64,000 bases of DNA, from contig MU058423.1 in assembly GCA_013265495.1 (NCBI GenBank), positions 3,611,061 to 3,675,060 on the forward strand. Direction: 5' to 3'. Below the pieces are notes generated by a model. That model was not told the origin of the DNA. It searched no databases and saw only the letters and a list, made by a program, of their open reading frames with translations. Source of the DNA: Vicugna vicugna (lineage: Eukaryota). Below, one piece after another: positions 23,806-36,830 of the stretch. The translations under genes and the position numbers were made by a program. The first letter of the stretch is position 1. Every line of letters begins with the position of its first letter.

Positions 23806-25689
23806 CATACCAATGTCATTAGTAACTTTGCCACAAGACTCACAGCTCATTCCTGGGGCTTGGGTGGTTCTAATACATGGGCTTTGTTGCAAAAGCTGTG
23901 TGATCGGTTTGGGGGGCATACAGGAGATGTTGGTGTTTCTGGTTGCCATGGTTTGCATAATATACATTCCTCACCTGCTGGGATCCTAGTGCCCTGAGTA
24001 GCAGCTGCCTGGAGTTGCAGAATGAACGCATGCCGCCAGCAAAGCGCAGCCCGCGGAGGAGAGGGTGGGAGTGGGGAGAGGCACGCAGCGATTACCCTTT
24101 CAAGCAAAAACATGTCTGAGATGCCTTCGGCGACCAGAGGACCCTGGGTCCCTCCACAGGTGGAGGCTGACCCCACAAACAAGTTAACCACTCTATGTGG
24201 TAAAACCAGGATCACTAGCATTTGCAAACGGGGAAACCGTGGCCTTGAAGTTATACAACGGCTATGTCACCTGGAGACTGTGAAAGTTACATCGCCAAGG
24301 GGAAAAGGCTCACCAGCTTTACCCAAACACCTAACAGTGCTTTAGCCCAGCCCAGGCACCCTCAAAAAGCAGTTGCCTCCACCCTTGTGGGTGTAGCTCC
24401 ACACCCCTGGGAGGAGAGGATGAGCCTATGATAAATGATACAAGCTCTTGTCAGAGCTACACACGGGCGGGTTCTATCAGTGTAACGTGCTCCGACGTGG
24501 GAGGGGACGGCGTCCTTTCCTGGAGTGTTTTTGCAGCTGACAGTCGGTTCAGCCAAAGGCAGCTTAATGCCCCATAAAACGATTAGATAAGGATGAAGGC
24601 AGATCCTAGTTGTGGGTCCTGTCGCACAGCTGAAGAGCATTAACGCCAGCACCCGGTGTGTAGGCCGCCGGCAGGAAAGGGTTCCGTTTGCCCGGCCTGC
24701 TAAGGATGCACTGTGAGCGGCCCAGCCGCACATGGAGCGGAAAGTATCACCATTTCCTGTCTGTCACACCCCCTTCATCCTCACGGTCGGCTTGGTCCCA
24801 CTGCCTCAGGGCTAACCTTCTTTTCTGCACAGCTGAGCCATTTGCTTAAAGAATTTCAGGGTCCAGGAGGCAAATGGAACATAGAGGGCGCTCGATTCAG
24901 TGCAACAAAAATTGAACACCTACTGTGTGCTTGTTGCACCCGGTAAGTAAGGAGTTTCAAAGAAAAAGGAAGGGCAGACCTTCCGCCAGGGGCCTGGGGT
25001 CTGATGGGGATGATTGTCAGTGATAAACCCAAGGCAGACCACGGCCTTGGACAGGCATTGGGAGAAACTGGTGGAACTCTGAAATGCGGTGCCACAGAGG
25101 GTGGGTGAATATTCCAGGTATCGGGTGGAGCTCACTTGGCAGTTGCGGGTCTCTACCCAATGGATGAAGGGCCTCCGTGGTAACTTGCGCCGCCCGCAGG
25201 CAGGCTGGGCTACCTCCTGAGCGAGGGAGCCTCTGCTGGTGTTTACGGAAGGAACAGAAGGCCGTGCGTGACGGGGGTTCTCACTGTAGGGTTTGGATTT
25301 GACGCCCCACGGAGTCCTCTCCTCCTCCGTGTTGCTCTTTTTCAAGCACCTCAAAGTGAATTCCCCCCAAGCCTGAGAACTTTTCAGCTTACTAAGCAGA
25401 TTGTTGAATAAAAATATCCCCGAAGATAATTTAAGGGTCCACAAGTTTTCTGTATTTGAGAGACTAAATGGATATTTAGCATTATCTAAATATAGCATTC
25501 TCTAAACATTGGCACTCTTCTCACAGAAATAACTTAAATAGAATTGAGTGATAGGGTAGTTAAAATTATCTTTAAATATTTGTTCCAAAAAGATGGAACA
25601 AACTGCCTGGTTCCTATGGACGGATTTGTAAAAGTACGTTAAATTGTTCTTTTTTAAAATGAGGCAATGCAAGCGCATCTTAAGTAATT

Positions 25690-26130
25690 CAAATACACCC
25701 AGCAATTCTGCCTCCTCCTCCATCCTCTAAGTCCCTAGCGACCCCTCCCCCAGGCAGCCAGTGCAAACAGCTTCTCAAGCATTCCTCCGGAAGGAGACAC
25801 GCCTCAACAAGCAGGTGCGTGTGCCGTGCGTTTTAATGGACTGTATTTTGAAAATTTCTCTGGATCATTGCTTAATTATAGTTAAGAGCTGCAGAGTATC
25901 TTTTGTGTGGTATCTATCTACACTACTGATCTCTCTCTCTCTCTCTATTTTTATCTATGTTTAGAGGTAGGCTGTGCGCTCGTTCTGTACTGTATACGAC
26001 ATAGCATTATACTAGTGTATGTTACAGCACAGTGCATCATAGTGCACGGCGGAGTGTGCAGTATCCCATGGTACGTACTGTACTCTGCATAGTGGTTTCT
26101 TGCATTGATGTTCCATTATTCGTTTAACCC
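25690..26130 (-). mobile_element. Ancient L1 (L1ME-type) 3'UTR remnants with a degenerate simple repeat
   Basis: ccctcccccaggcagccagtgcaaacagcttct...cattcctcc; ttccattattcgtttaacc. Confidence 0.45.
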
Positions 26131-26171
26131 TGGACTCGTCTAATTTTGGCCCCACCATCATCTCCCCACTT

Positions 26172-26301
26172 TCCTGTTAGGCTGTTAACCTCCACAAAGC
26201 AGAGACTCGGTCTTGTTTGTACCCATAACCCACAGCACTTTAGAGCAGTAGCTGCAATGTGGCAGGTGTTCAATAAATAGTGGTTGAATGAGTGAATAAA
26301 T
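26172..26301 (+). mobile_element. L2 3' end
   Basis: ggcaggtgttcaataaatagtggttgaatgagtgaataaat. Confidence 0.85.
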
Positions 26302-26329
26302 TGCAGGAAAAAAATATTTGTTTAAATTT

Positions 26330-26640
26330 ACTTTTTAAAAACACTTTTATTTACAACTAAATATCTTCATTATGAAAATTTTGAAAAATCAGGAAAAGAG
26401 AGAAGTTAAGAATCATAGTCTGGGACCACCACTGTTAACACTTTGAAGTCTTTCCTTTTCAGCCTTTCCTCTATGTACGTTTTAATGTAGTTGTGATTTT
26501 ATTTCTCTCATAACTTCTTATCCTGCTTTTTTCCCCAATAGTATTCTAATATATGCATATTTCTACATTATTAAAAACATCATAAGCATATTTTAAAATG
26601 GTTACTCTATAATGGAGATAAATCATTAATTATTAACATA
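26330..26640 (-). mobile_element. Ancient L1 (L1ME-type) 3' fragment
   Basis: accaccactgttaacactttg...tctttccttttcagcc...ttatcctgcttttttccccaata. Confidence 0.6.
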
Positions 26641-26737
26641 CTTTTGTCTTCCTGAGTATCTGGCCTTCGTCTTTTCACTTTGGCCAAGATATCCTCTTGC
26701 TCGGCAGGGGAGTAATGTCAGGAGTAAGACTGAGGTA

Positions 26738-26863
26738 GGGGGGTGGGTATAGTTCAGTGGTAGGGTGCGTGCTTAGCGTGCATCAGGTCCTGGGTTTGAT
26801 CCCCAGTACCACCATTAAAAATAAATAAATAAACCTAATTACCTCCCCTGTCCCCCTCAAAAG
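26738..26863 (+). mobile_element. tRNA-derived SINE, camelid Vic-1 type, 12-bp TSD
   Basis: ggggggtgggtatagttcagtggtagggtgcgtgcttagcgtgcatcaggtcctgggtttgatccccagtacc...aaacctaattacctcccc; TSD AAGACTGAGGTA at 26726-26737 and 26864-26875. Confidence 0.95.
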
Positions 26864-29800
26864 AAGACTGAGGTAATATTTCGTTTCTGACATGCAAATA
26901 GGATTATGTTGCAGGAGAAAGGATTTGCCATTATCCCTTTGGCCGATGCTCCCTCTTACCCATTGCAACCAAATGTGGACGACCCAGGCTATGGAGTCCT
27001 CCTGTGGTGTAGAGAAGATGCTGCTTCTGTCCTCAATAGCAAAGCATGCAGCTCACTGCTCTGCTGATGTGGGGCTGTGTTTAAGACAAAAGGAAGCAAA
27101 ATTGAAGTTGGTTCTCTTTCTGTTCCAGAGGAAGGTCGGGCAGAGAGGAGAGGGGAAGGGAAGAAAGTGAAAGAAGTAAATGTGGGTCCCAATGCGCCGT
27201 GTATTTTATAACTGGAGGGAGCAGAGAGGCTCTGAAAGCTCCCCCTCCCACCCCACCACACCACATTCAGGATCTTGGGAGGAGACTTACGTGAGTAGCA
27301 GGGTAGCTCTGGCTGATTGAGTAGGGGATCTGTGCGGTCACGTTGGACCAGAAAAGGGTCTGATTGGCACTTTCTGAAACATCCCTCTACTCCCAGTGAG
27401 CTTGTAATGTTGAAAGCCAGTGAGCCTGTAAAGGCTCGTGCTGGAACAAGGAAGTGCAGCAGCAAACCCTGGGGGGGACTTCAGGCCAGGGGCTGGATGG
27501 GGCCTATGACAACTGCTTAGAGGTGTTCAGCCATCGGAAGCTGAACAAGGCTTAATCAGCCAAGGAGCACGCAGGGGCTTGGCCGAGCCCAGAGATGAGA
27601 TTGATCTAAAAGAGCAGCGGTCTGCATCTGGGAACGACAGCAAGATGCAGAGCCACCTTGGGTCTGCTCCAGAGACCAGAGGAGGGAGCCAACACTGTGC
27701 TGCAGGGCACCTCCTCATTTTTGCTGCCAAAAGGGTATACAGGATGCCCTCTTTTACCCAGATAGCATCTTAATGAGAAAAGCAAGGGAAGCAAAGCTAT
27801 GTGAGAGATTTAACCTCTTTATCCAGGGAGACTGAATATCACCTAAATTACCGACAGATTAAATCAAATTGGACAGAGTTAATCTCTTCCCCCCACTAAT
27901 CAGTGGAGTAAAAACAGAGGGATTAGAGGTTAAATAAAGCAAATAGAGTTTTTTGCACATACAAGTTGTAATGTGAGTTAAATTTTCTGATCGCTACCGA
28001 ACCCACTACTTTATTGAGTGACAAAATCATAGTGAATTTGCCCATTCCCTTCTGGTTAGAATTTAAATTTTCCAGCTTTGCATTATTAGAGATGTTATAT
28101 GAACATCTTTGTGCCTTTAAATTTGTGGCACACAGGAGACACTGAATAAAGAGTTCTTCAATAAGCTTTGAAGTGGAATTTTCACTAGGAGTGTAGAATA
28201 GCTCGTGCATGTGGACCTAACCTTCCATATAACCAGGCAACACTGCTTCTTGTAGTAGAAAATGAGCCCCTAATAAGATGGATTGATGAGATGGTAAGAA
28301 CCAGAGTAGCAAAAGAGGTAATTGACCTCTGCATTAGAAATGAAATGAATTTGTGTGTGTGGGCCTGAGAGAGAAGAGGGCAAAGCAACACGTTAGAAGA
28401 CTGGAGCCCTGTCTGAGAAGCATCCAAGAGACTTCTAGGAACAGAGATACCGATCAAGGAGTTTTGAGTTGCATGTCTGTCTTGTGCATCCTGCCATTGC
28501 TTTGACAAAGGCTCCCATTCTCACAGATACCTCTGTGATGGTTTTATTTATTTTGTTGTTTTGTTGACTGGGGGTGATGAAAATTAAGGAAAGGGGTTGA
28601 ATTCAATATCTGGGTCAACATGATGGGAATTGGGACCATGCTATTGAGGTGGTGAGATGATCTACAGTGATTCCCTAAAGTGAGTATTTCAGTGTATGTG
28701 GGAGCTCAGAGCTGGAAGTGACTCCAAGAGGTTCAGCCTCCTTGCCCCCCAGGAACCGATAAATGTTACAGAAACCATGGAAATTTCCCAGTCAATGGAA
28801 TGGGAATTGAATTAATCTTGTCTAGTTATTAGAGTCTGGGGAATACCAGTTGACAAGTGGGGTGTGTGTTTGTGTGTATCTGTCTGTCTATCTTTGCTGT
28901 CACCATCCAGTGGAAAGGGGGTTCCCCTCACTGTTTCAGAGATCTCCTACTCTCCAGTGTCCTCTGGGGCAGAACATGTCCATCATCAGCCTGGGGTAAA
29001 AGCAATGGCAGGGTGGAGGGAGCTTGTGGGAGCATCTACCTGCAGGGGTATAATTACAGTATCTTATGTTATTTATTTTAGGTAGCGCAAGTTAATAAGC
29101 CAACTGGCTCTTCCCAGACTGCCATTTCTCTCTGTTCCTATACCTACTCAAAGCTATTTTAACTCATTCTTATCAGGGAAGAAGTATTAGTTTTGTAGGG
29201 ATCTTGGGTCCACTGCTTGGTTGCAGGTTGAAACCTACTTCATGGATACTCAAACATCAGCAAATTTCCTGGACTCGACCTCAGTCTAGAAATTTCTCTT
29301 AACAAGTTGTCCTCTTTCTTCAGTCACCTCTTACTTGAGAGAACAGTCCTCTGTGTTCTCTGTGCACGTATGTGAGCCCTTTCTAGGGGTCTTGCTTTGG
29401 TCACTTAATGCATCCCTTTTATGGTGGCCTCATGAATTGTCTGCCCCCCTTCTAATCCCTCACCTTCCTGTTTCCCCTTTTTGCTTCATTTTCTCTCGGT
29501 TTTGCTTAGGCTGTTTGCTCCCCATCCTTATTGCAGGAGATCAAGTCTGCCTGGCCCATATCTGTGTTCAGTGTCAGCACAGTAACGCCTGTGTTTGATC
29601 TTACAACACTCTTCATAGTAAAAAATGGCTTACTATGTAGCAGGCAAGGGTCTGGAGAGACAGACATTCCTAGAAGCATCTTAAACACTGAAAAGTAGGA
29701 AAGTCATCACTTCATATGATTAATGAAGTCTGAACAAGGCTATCAAAATAGGGCTATGAGAATATTGCCAAAGAAAGGAGATTACAGATTAGCACCCAAA

Positions 29801-30509
29801 AAAGCATTTAAAAAGACTAAATTTTAGAAATTGCTGACATCCCTGAAATAGAACTTCCAGAGCCAGAGTCAATTTTAAATTCCTTTACTCTTGCCTTAAG
29901 CATTAGCTGTACTTGGCAGAGCAGGCGGAGAGTTAAAGACCCTCCCCAGGACCTCCAGATGCCTTGCATCTGCCAAAAAGCGAAGAGTTGAAAGTAGCCT
30001 GATAGCCGACTGCAGGCAATCTGAAGCTTGGCATAATTGTATAACATGAGGCTCTTGGGAGAATGACGATAAATCCAATTGGCAGACTGCCCCTGCCTTC
30101 CCAGAGGCGGAGAATGGGGATACAAAGTATGTAGAAGGGAGATGGGAAAGGAGACCACAGATGTAAACCCTCCTGGTAGCTTTCACCTTCAGAAGTGAGA
30201 AGCTGGGGGATATTTGAAGAGTGGGGGCAGGGAGATGGATAGAAAAAACAAAAACAAAAAACGCATGGTTACTCTGTAGAACAAATATCCACAGGAAGTT
30301 CTCCTGGGCTGAGACACCTCTGCTAGGTTAAGTTCAAAGGAGTGTTTTTCAACTGGTGAACTTTTTCTTTCCTTTCCTCCCTCCTCTTAGTCCAGTGCCT
30401 CATGTTTAGTGCGTGGACTGAAATCTTTTTACTTTACGTGCTTTAGTGTTTCAGCTAATGTTGTGACGTTTAATAATAAGATCAAACTGCATATGGATGG
30501 AACTTGATA

Positions 30510-30735
30510 CGTTAATAACAGCTTTCACAACCTTTAAAACTTAGTCATTTTAAAATTAAGCTTACTGCTCATGTCATCACAGCAATCAGTGAAGTGAAGA
30601 AGGCATTATTCCGTCTCACTCTACACGCAGGGAAACTGAGGCCCCGGGACTCATTTGCTCCAGGTTAAACAACTGCAAGAAATGGAATCAAAACCCGTGT
30701 TTTCTGATTTGGAAGCACTTGCTTTTGCTCCATTC
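30510..30735 (-). mobile_element. MIR SINE
   Basis: cagggaaactgaggccccgggactcatttgctccagg...ggaatcaaaacccg. Confidence 0.7.
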
Positions 30736-30891
30736 ACATAGACTTTCACAGAGATTTTCCAGGTTAAATTCCATTCACCTTGACTTTCAGCCCCATGTAA
30801 TAAGGATTTGATCATATGAACTCTCTCCTTGACCTTAGTTTTATCTGTCTTAGTGTAGAATATATAAATGTTTGAATTTATCAGCATCGGG

Positions 30892-31390
30892 TGATTATTC
30901 AACAAACATGGCGAACATCTGACAAGGTCAGGCCCTGAACTCAGCTCCAGGACTACAAAGACCAAGAAGAAGCAGCCTTTGCTCTTGGATTGCCCATTGT
31001 TTATCCCAAGGGATATGGCCATGGAGAGATAAATGACAAAATAACAGATGCTGTGAGAGACACATAAACAAGAAGACCTGGACACACTGAGGCCACAGCA
31101 TCTAATTCTACCTGGGGGAGATAGGGAAGGGGATGATGTCAGAGCTCTGCCTTCAAGGAGGAAAGGGGTTTGCCAAGTGGTGAAGAAGGGGGAAGGGGTA
31201 CTTTGGTGAGAGGACACACCGCACTTTTAGCACAGAGTGAGAGAAATGCCCGGGGGCCTGAAGCCTGGAGATGCTTCAGGGAGGCACGGCTGGATAGGGG
31301 CCAGCTTGCTGAAGTCTCTGCAGACCCAGCTGAGGAATTTGTACCTGTTCTGTAGGCAGTGGGGACCACCAGAGGATTTTAAGCAGGTTA
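30892..31390 (-). mobile_element. L2 3' portion
   Basis: attcaacaaacat...caggccctg...tgtaggcagtggggaccaccagaggattttaagcagg. Confidence 0.75.
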
Positions 31391-31491
31391 TTTGATATTT
31401 AGAGGAAGATTCAATAATACGGATATATGGCTATTAACCTTCTGGGACTCAGTATAACTTGGTTAAAGATGAATTTTCCTACAGACAGAGC

Positions 31492-31686
31492 CGTGGTTCT
31501 GAAGCCGCAGCAGTTACCAGAATTCCCCACAGGGCTTTGTTAACACACAGGCTGTAGGTTCCCAGCCCCAGAATTTCTGATTCAGTGGGGCTGGGGGCTG
31601 GGGCACTGGAGAAGCTGCCTATCTAACAAGTTCCCAGGTGATGTTCATGTGACTAGTCCAGGGTCACGTCTTTTGAAAGCTACTGC
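31492..31686. mobile_element. MER5A-like hAT-Charlie MITE
   Basis: gtggttct...ccccagaatttctgattcagtggggctggg...tctaacaagttcccaggtgatg...tttgaaagctactg. Confidence 0.85.
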
Positions 31687-32007
31687 TTTTGGGAAGAGTT
31701 TGTTGCCTGGAGAGGACCTAGAAAGAATACCTCTAATTTATTAATAAAGTAAAATGGAAACAAATGGTATTTACTGAGGCATTTGAGATACAATAAAGGT
31801 TTAAAAAAATCAGAACCAGGGGTTGCAGTCATCATCAAATAATATGAAAAACAGAAGTATGCATGAGGCCCTGTGCTAAATGCTTAGAGAGCAAGCTGAC
31901 TGGGCCTGACTGTGTGTTCTCCCAAGATGACACCTGGGGGAAGACGGAGACAGATAACTGATCAGTCTTCAGTTTACCGCTAATGGGTCTTGTACTGTTG
32001 TCATTCA

Positions 32008-32043
32008 AAAAAAAAAAACAACAAAACAAAACAAAACAAAACA
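32008..32043. repeat. poly(A)/(CAAAA)n simple repeat
   Basis: Directly visible. Confidence 0.9.
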
Positions 32044-33009
32044 TTTAGGAAGCAGAACTATAGCCGGGATAGAAGTTGTCATAAATTCTGAGATTTGCAC
32101 CAAAATTATTCTGTCACATTGCTGAAATTTGGGGGTGGAGGGAGGAGGTATGTAGCAATCACAGACCATCTTATGTGGCAAAATTGTCTCATGATTATGA
32201 ATCATCTGACCATTAATCGGGTGGAAAAAGGGAAAAGCAGGAGTTGAGTAACAACAGGAATGTGTTTGGAGCGGGCGACTGGACCGTGTAATGCGTGTAA
32301 GGGACGGTAGGGCTTTTGGTTTCCAAAATAGATGTCTCTCTAGGACTCTTTCTTTAAACCTCTGCTCTAGGAGGTAGTATTCTTTTTGTCTCGATTATAA
32401 ACAGCCTCTGAACGTGACAGGAGTGGGTTTCAGACGAACCTTCCCATGTCTGCAGTGACTAACCTTCTGTGACCTTCAGTCTGCGCTCTCAATCCGGGGA
32501 GTCTGTTTCATGAAATATTGATAGAGGAGATGACTTCAGAGCAATGCATACAGAATGGATGATGTTTCTTTGATGTGTTAAGCCATCCTCCTGCCTTAAA
32601 GATGCTGAGGCAGAAAATAGCCATTAAAAGAAACCGTTCTTAGGAGGACTCCTCACTTGATTGACAACTGCAGTTAAGTATGCATGACAGGCTTCAGGCC
32701 TCTCTCCTCCTGAGTGGTAGCAGCACTAACCCAGCCCTCTCCAACAGGTAGCTCCCCAAGTTGCTGGAGGGTCTACCTGCCAGACAGAAGACAGCATTGT
32801 TCACCTGGATTGCTGCAGTCAGCTAGGGAGATCTCCTTTGCCTGCCTCTGGTCGCCCTCGTCTCTACTCCATTCTTTTAGATCAGTTGTTTTCAACTGGT
32901 GCGCCCAGACACACAGGCGGACTTGAACTTACTACAGGTCTAAAGACACATTTTCATTAGCATGTGAAAGTAATTTTGGCTACAACCAACGAGAACAACC
33001 ACAGAGCAG

Positions 33010-33225
33010 CAACACCAACTAACATGTAGATGACTCTCAGCAGGTGCCAGGCGCTGCCCTAAGTGCTTGACATGCATCATTGACTTAATCCTCAAGAAAG
33101 ACCTAACGAAGTAGATTCTGCTGCTGATCCCACCTTCAGATGAGGAAACTGGGGCAGAGAGAGGGAAACTTGCCTAAGTTACCACCAATAGTAAGCGGCA
33201 CAGCTGGGTTTCAGAATCTGCTCCT
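33010..33225 (-). mobile_element. MIR SINE
   Basis: gtgccaggcgctgccctaagtgcttgacatg...ttaatcctca...cagatgaggaaactgggg. Confidence 0.9.
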
Positions 33226-33654
33226 GAAATATCGTCAGGATGAAACAAATACTCTTCCCGCTAGACGTTCGCTAAGCTGATTCCTGCCCATCTTTCGAGA
33301 TCCAGCTCAATGATCCTCCTCTTTGCCACGTTCCCTGCTTCCTTCCCACTCCTCCCCTGAAGGAGAAATTGCAGCTTTATCTTGCTCCAGGAACAGCCCT
33401 TGATAATAGTGCTTATCCCGCCATGGTTGATGCATTAATCACCCTGCCAGTCTGAGAGCTCCAGGCTGTGACTTATTCACGCCTGTGTTCGTCTGTGTCC
33501 TGCAAGGTCTGAAAGGCTGTTGATCTTCAGTAATTCTGTCGTTGAGCTGAAGGAGTGGAAATCAGGATATTTTATGTATGACTTTTTAGGAGGAAATTGC
33601 ATCTCCTTTCAAATAGATTTTAAAAGCTAACTATTAGTATTCTGAATTCGATTT

Positions 33655-33885
33655 CATTCTATTACACATACAGTATTAAGAGAATGGCTAAGGTGCCTGC
33701 ATTCCGGACCTTAGAGACTAGCATGGGAGGCACATTACCTAATTATGGCAGCGAGTCTGAACACTCTAATAACAGAGCAAGGAGACTAACCTGGCCCCGG
33801 AGGAGGGGAGGTTTCCCTGAGATAATGACACTTAAACTGAGACCTAAAAGGAGAAAAAGAATTAGTCAGGTGAGGAGGGGGAGAA
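33655..33885 (-). mobile_element. L2 fragment
   Basis: ggaggtttccctgagataatgacacttaaactgagacctaaaagg...aattagtcaggtgagga. Confidence 0.7.
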
Positions 33886-34144
33886 TCATATTCTCTGCTC
33901 TGACCTGCCAAAAAAACAAAAAACAGCAAGATTCTCGCCCACTCTGGAGATCTTATGTTCTTTCAAGACACGGATAAAATTCTGCTCTCGCCAAAAAATT
34001 TCCCTGAATGTTTTAGCTTTGTGACTTATTTCCTCTGAAATCCTACATTCACAATATTTTACAATAAATGTGAACGTCAGGGGTGTGTCCCATATTGGGG
34101 GCACTGGGTTATTTCATGCAAGGGCAACCTTGCATGTTAGGTAT

Positions 34145-34420
34145 ATCTTTCCTTTTTTCAGATGAGAAATTGAGGCTTGGTGAGGTCAGGTGAATTTTCC
34201 TAAAATCTCATAACTGGTAAGAGCAAAGGAGAGAGTTGGATTTCAAATTTAGGCGTGTTTGGTAGTTTTTGCAAGAGTTCTATTAGGCAGGTACTCTTAT
34301 TTCCATTTTACAGATGGAGAAACTGAGATCCCAAAAAATTGGCCCCAAGTGACAAAGCTCTTGAATGTGGCAGGCTCTGGATTCCAGTTCAGGTCTGTTT
34401 TCCTCCAGAGACTGTGCTCT
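34145..34420 (-). mobile_element. Two tandem MIR SINE fragments
   Basis: cagatgagaaattgaggc (~34160) and ccattttacagatggagaaactgag (~34305). Confidence 0.85.
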
Positions 34421-34519
34421 GAAGGGCTGGGACTAAGAAAGTTGCTCGGTAGACTCCCTCTGGTCTGAGCCCATGTGCCAGCTCCATAATTGCTGTCCTG
34501 AGGCACTCTTGCGACTCCA

Positions 34520-34680
34520 GACTCTTGCTACCACAGGGTGGCCATCCATGGACCAGTGACACCACCATCACCTGGGAGCTTATTAGCAAAACAGAATCTC
34601 AGGCCCCATCCTAGATCTATTAAATCCAAGTCTGCATTGTAACAAGATCCCCGGATAATCCCAGATAATGCTCTCACATA
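34520..34680. mobile_element. MER5A1-like hAT MITE
   Basis: catcacctgggagcttattagcaaaacagaatctcaggccccatcctagatctattaaatc...gcattgtaacaagatcccc. Confidence 0.85.
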
Positions 34681-35607
34681 AGGTGGGCCTTAGAATTGCC
34701 CTTGCAATGACAGACAGTGGAGTGTTGGCTTTCTGGGCCCCAGGACAGGTCAGTTCTTAGACTCTAGACTTGTGGAGAGTCCTGGGGCTCTGGACTGGGC
34801 TGGATTTTCTCAATGACCCCTAGGAGGTCCTGGTGTCCTGTGGAGACTGAGTCCATGGTAGGATCTTTGAGCTGGTGTCTAATATATCAAGGGCCCCTCT
34901 GGGACTGCTGTTACCTGTGAGCTACATTTTTAGCTTGTGGCAGTTTGTAAGCTACAGATTGAAATTAAAACACACCAATAGCATGATGAATTTTAATATC
35001 CTTGGAGGGAAAAAGAGATAAATATCATGCTCACATTATAAAAGGACTTGCAAGAGCCAAATAACATTTCCCATAAACCCCTGCAAATGTGTAGCAGGAT
35101 TCTGTCTGTGTTCCAGCCAATAAAAGGCCAGAATAACACTACTGCTTTTTAATGAAATCGGCCATCTTTATCTTTAGAGGTGACTATTTGTGCTCATCTG
35201 TTTATTCATTCATTCATGAACACTTACTGAATGCTGGGCACAACCCTTTACTGAGAAAACTATATATTTTTTTATTACTCAGTATAGCAAGACTATACCA
35301 AAAAGACTGAACACTTGCTACATAAGGTGATAACTAGATGATTTAACTCTTGAAAAACCTGGGTCCTATTTCCTCCTCAATTGGAAGGAAAGGACTTCAA
35401 AAATAGCGCTGTTCATGGCATTTGTGAATATTTGTGCTTCTTGCTGGATAAAAGCAAGTGCTGGTAAAGCAGAAGAAATAAAAATTATACTGGGTGTGGC
35501 AAAGTCCTAGAGACTGAGGTCACCTTCTTTTCTACTTTGATTAGATTTTCAAGACAACTTCTGCTTCATGTGAACCTGTCCCGCTAAGGGATCGTGTTAT
35601 AGGGGAT

Positions 35608-35656
<49 letters not shown>

Positions 35657-35657
35657 T
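35608..35657. repeat. Compound (TG)n(AG)n microsatellite
   Basis: Directly visible. Confidence 0.97.
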
Positions 35658-36549
35658 ACAGAGAAATAGAGGCAGGGAGAGAAACAGAGAGGACTATGTA
35701 CATAAGCCGAAATAAAGGCCAAGACTGTCTGAGTGGTTTGTTTTTATTTCTGTTTCTTGTGGGAAAGAGACTCCTTTCCAGCTCTGAGTGCCAGAGCTGA
35801 CAGCAGGTATTTAGTATTCATTTTTTTTTCTCTCCAAAGTTTAGTCTATGGGGCTGAAAACTGTGGTTGCAACATTAAACAGTCTAAGTGCACTGTCTCT
35901 GCGCCAAGTCCTGTGACAGAAGGGCTTTGCTAGTACACGCCAGGGAGGCAAGGGCTCCGGAGGCCCTCTCTTTCTCTTTTCGAATTAGGTCATGACGATT
36001 TAAGGGCTCACCACTTGGGGTGACTGCGAGTTTTCCAAGTTGGCATGATGTATGGCTCTGAAAAGATAGTCACCAGCTCCAAGAATGCCTGTGTCGTCTG
36101 CCTACGAGGTGTTTACACAGAAAGCAAGCGAGCACGGAAATAATGAATTGGCTTGCCGCTGGAGTTGTGCTCAGTTTCGGATTTTGCGCACGTGTGTGTG
36201 TGGTTTTGCTTGGAGGCCTGTTTTCAGAATTGATATTATATATTTCACAACTGGAAGGTGCCCACGAGCCCCTCTGCGTAGCAGCAGTGTCCTGAGGTGG
36301 AGGGTACTAATCTGATCCCAGCCAGAAGCCGGGCCACCCAGGGAGAGTCCGAGAACAGGAAAACTCCTGCTTCTGTGCTTCCTATGTCTCTTCTGTCCTC
36401 TTCCTTTTGTTCCTGCAGGGATTCAAAATATGAGCATCACTGTCCAAGCAGAGGAAGTCTGGGTCATATCCTGTGTGCGGGAGCTGGCAGATGCTGGTTC
36501 TCATTTTTCCTCTTATCTCAGATGGTGCTACTGCCTCCGTTGTTTATAT

Positions 36550-36830
36550 AACTCACTCACTCAATCATCCTACAAACCCTGGCTGGGTCTGTACGTGCCA
36601 GGTACCATCAGAGATGCTGCAGATGGGAGGTGGGTGAGGCATTGTCTTGTCCTTCAAGAAGCTCACAGTTCCGTTAAGGAGACAGGCATGTAGACTATAA
36701 CAATATAAGGTTTTTTTAAAAAGCCTCCTTGTGGAGACACAGGGAAACATGAACAGACAAGGGAATGACCAGCTTTGTGGAGGAGGACTGAGGAGGGCCG
36801 CGCCCACGGTGGAGGGGCCCTGGAGTGTTG
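36550..36830 (-). mobile_element. L2 3' end
   Basis: actcactcactcaatcat...gtgccagg...gtccttcaagaagctcacagt. Confidence 0.75.

Noticed and set aside
24901..24938. Short hairpin TGCAACAA...TTGTTGCA as a possible pre-miRNA
   Set aside because: The stem is only ~8 bp around an L2-like fragment, too short for a Drosha substrate.
24920..25498. Longest ORF in the window (192 aa, minus strand)
   Set aside because: No recognisable domain, and it starts in AT-rich DNA. This length is expected by chance in a GC-rich tract.
26738..26812. tRNA-like sequence (also 15685-15760)
   Set aside because: It is a SINE head with tail and TSD, with a degenerate cloverleaf; not a tRNA gene.
30651..31217. 188-aa ORF
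   Set aside because: It runs through L2 and MIR debris and has no protein-like features.
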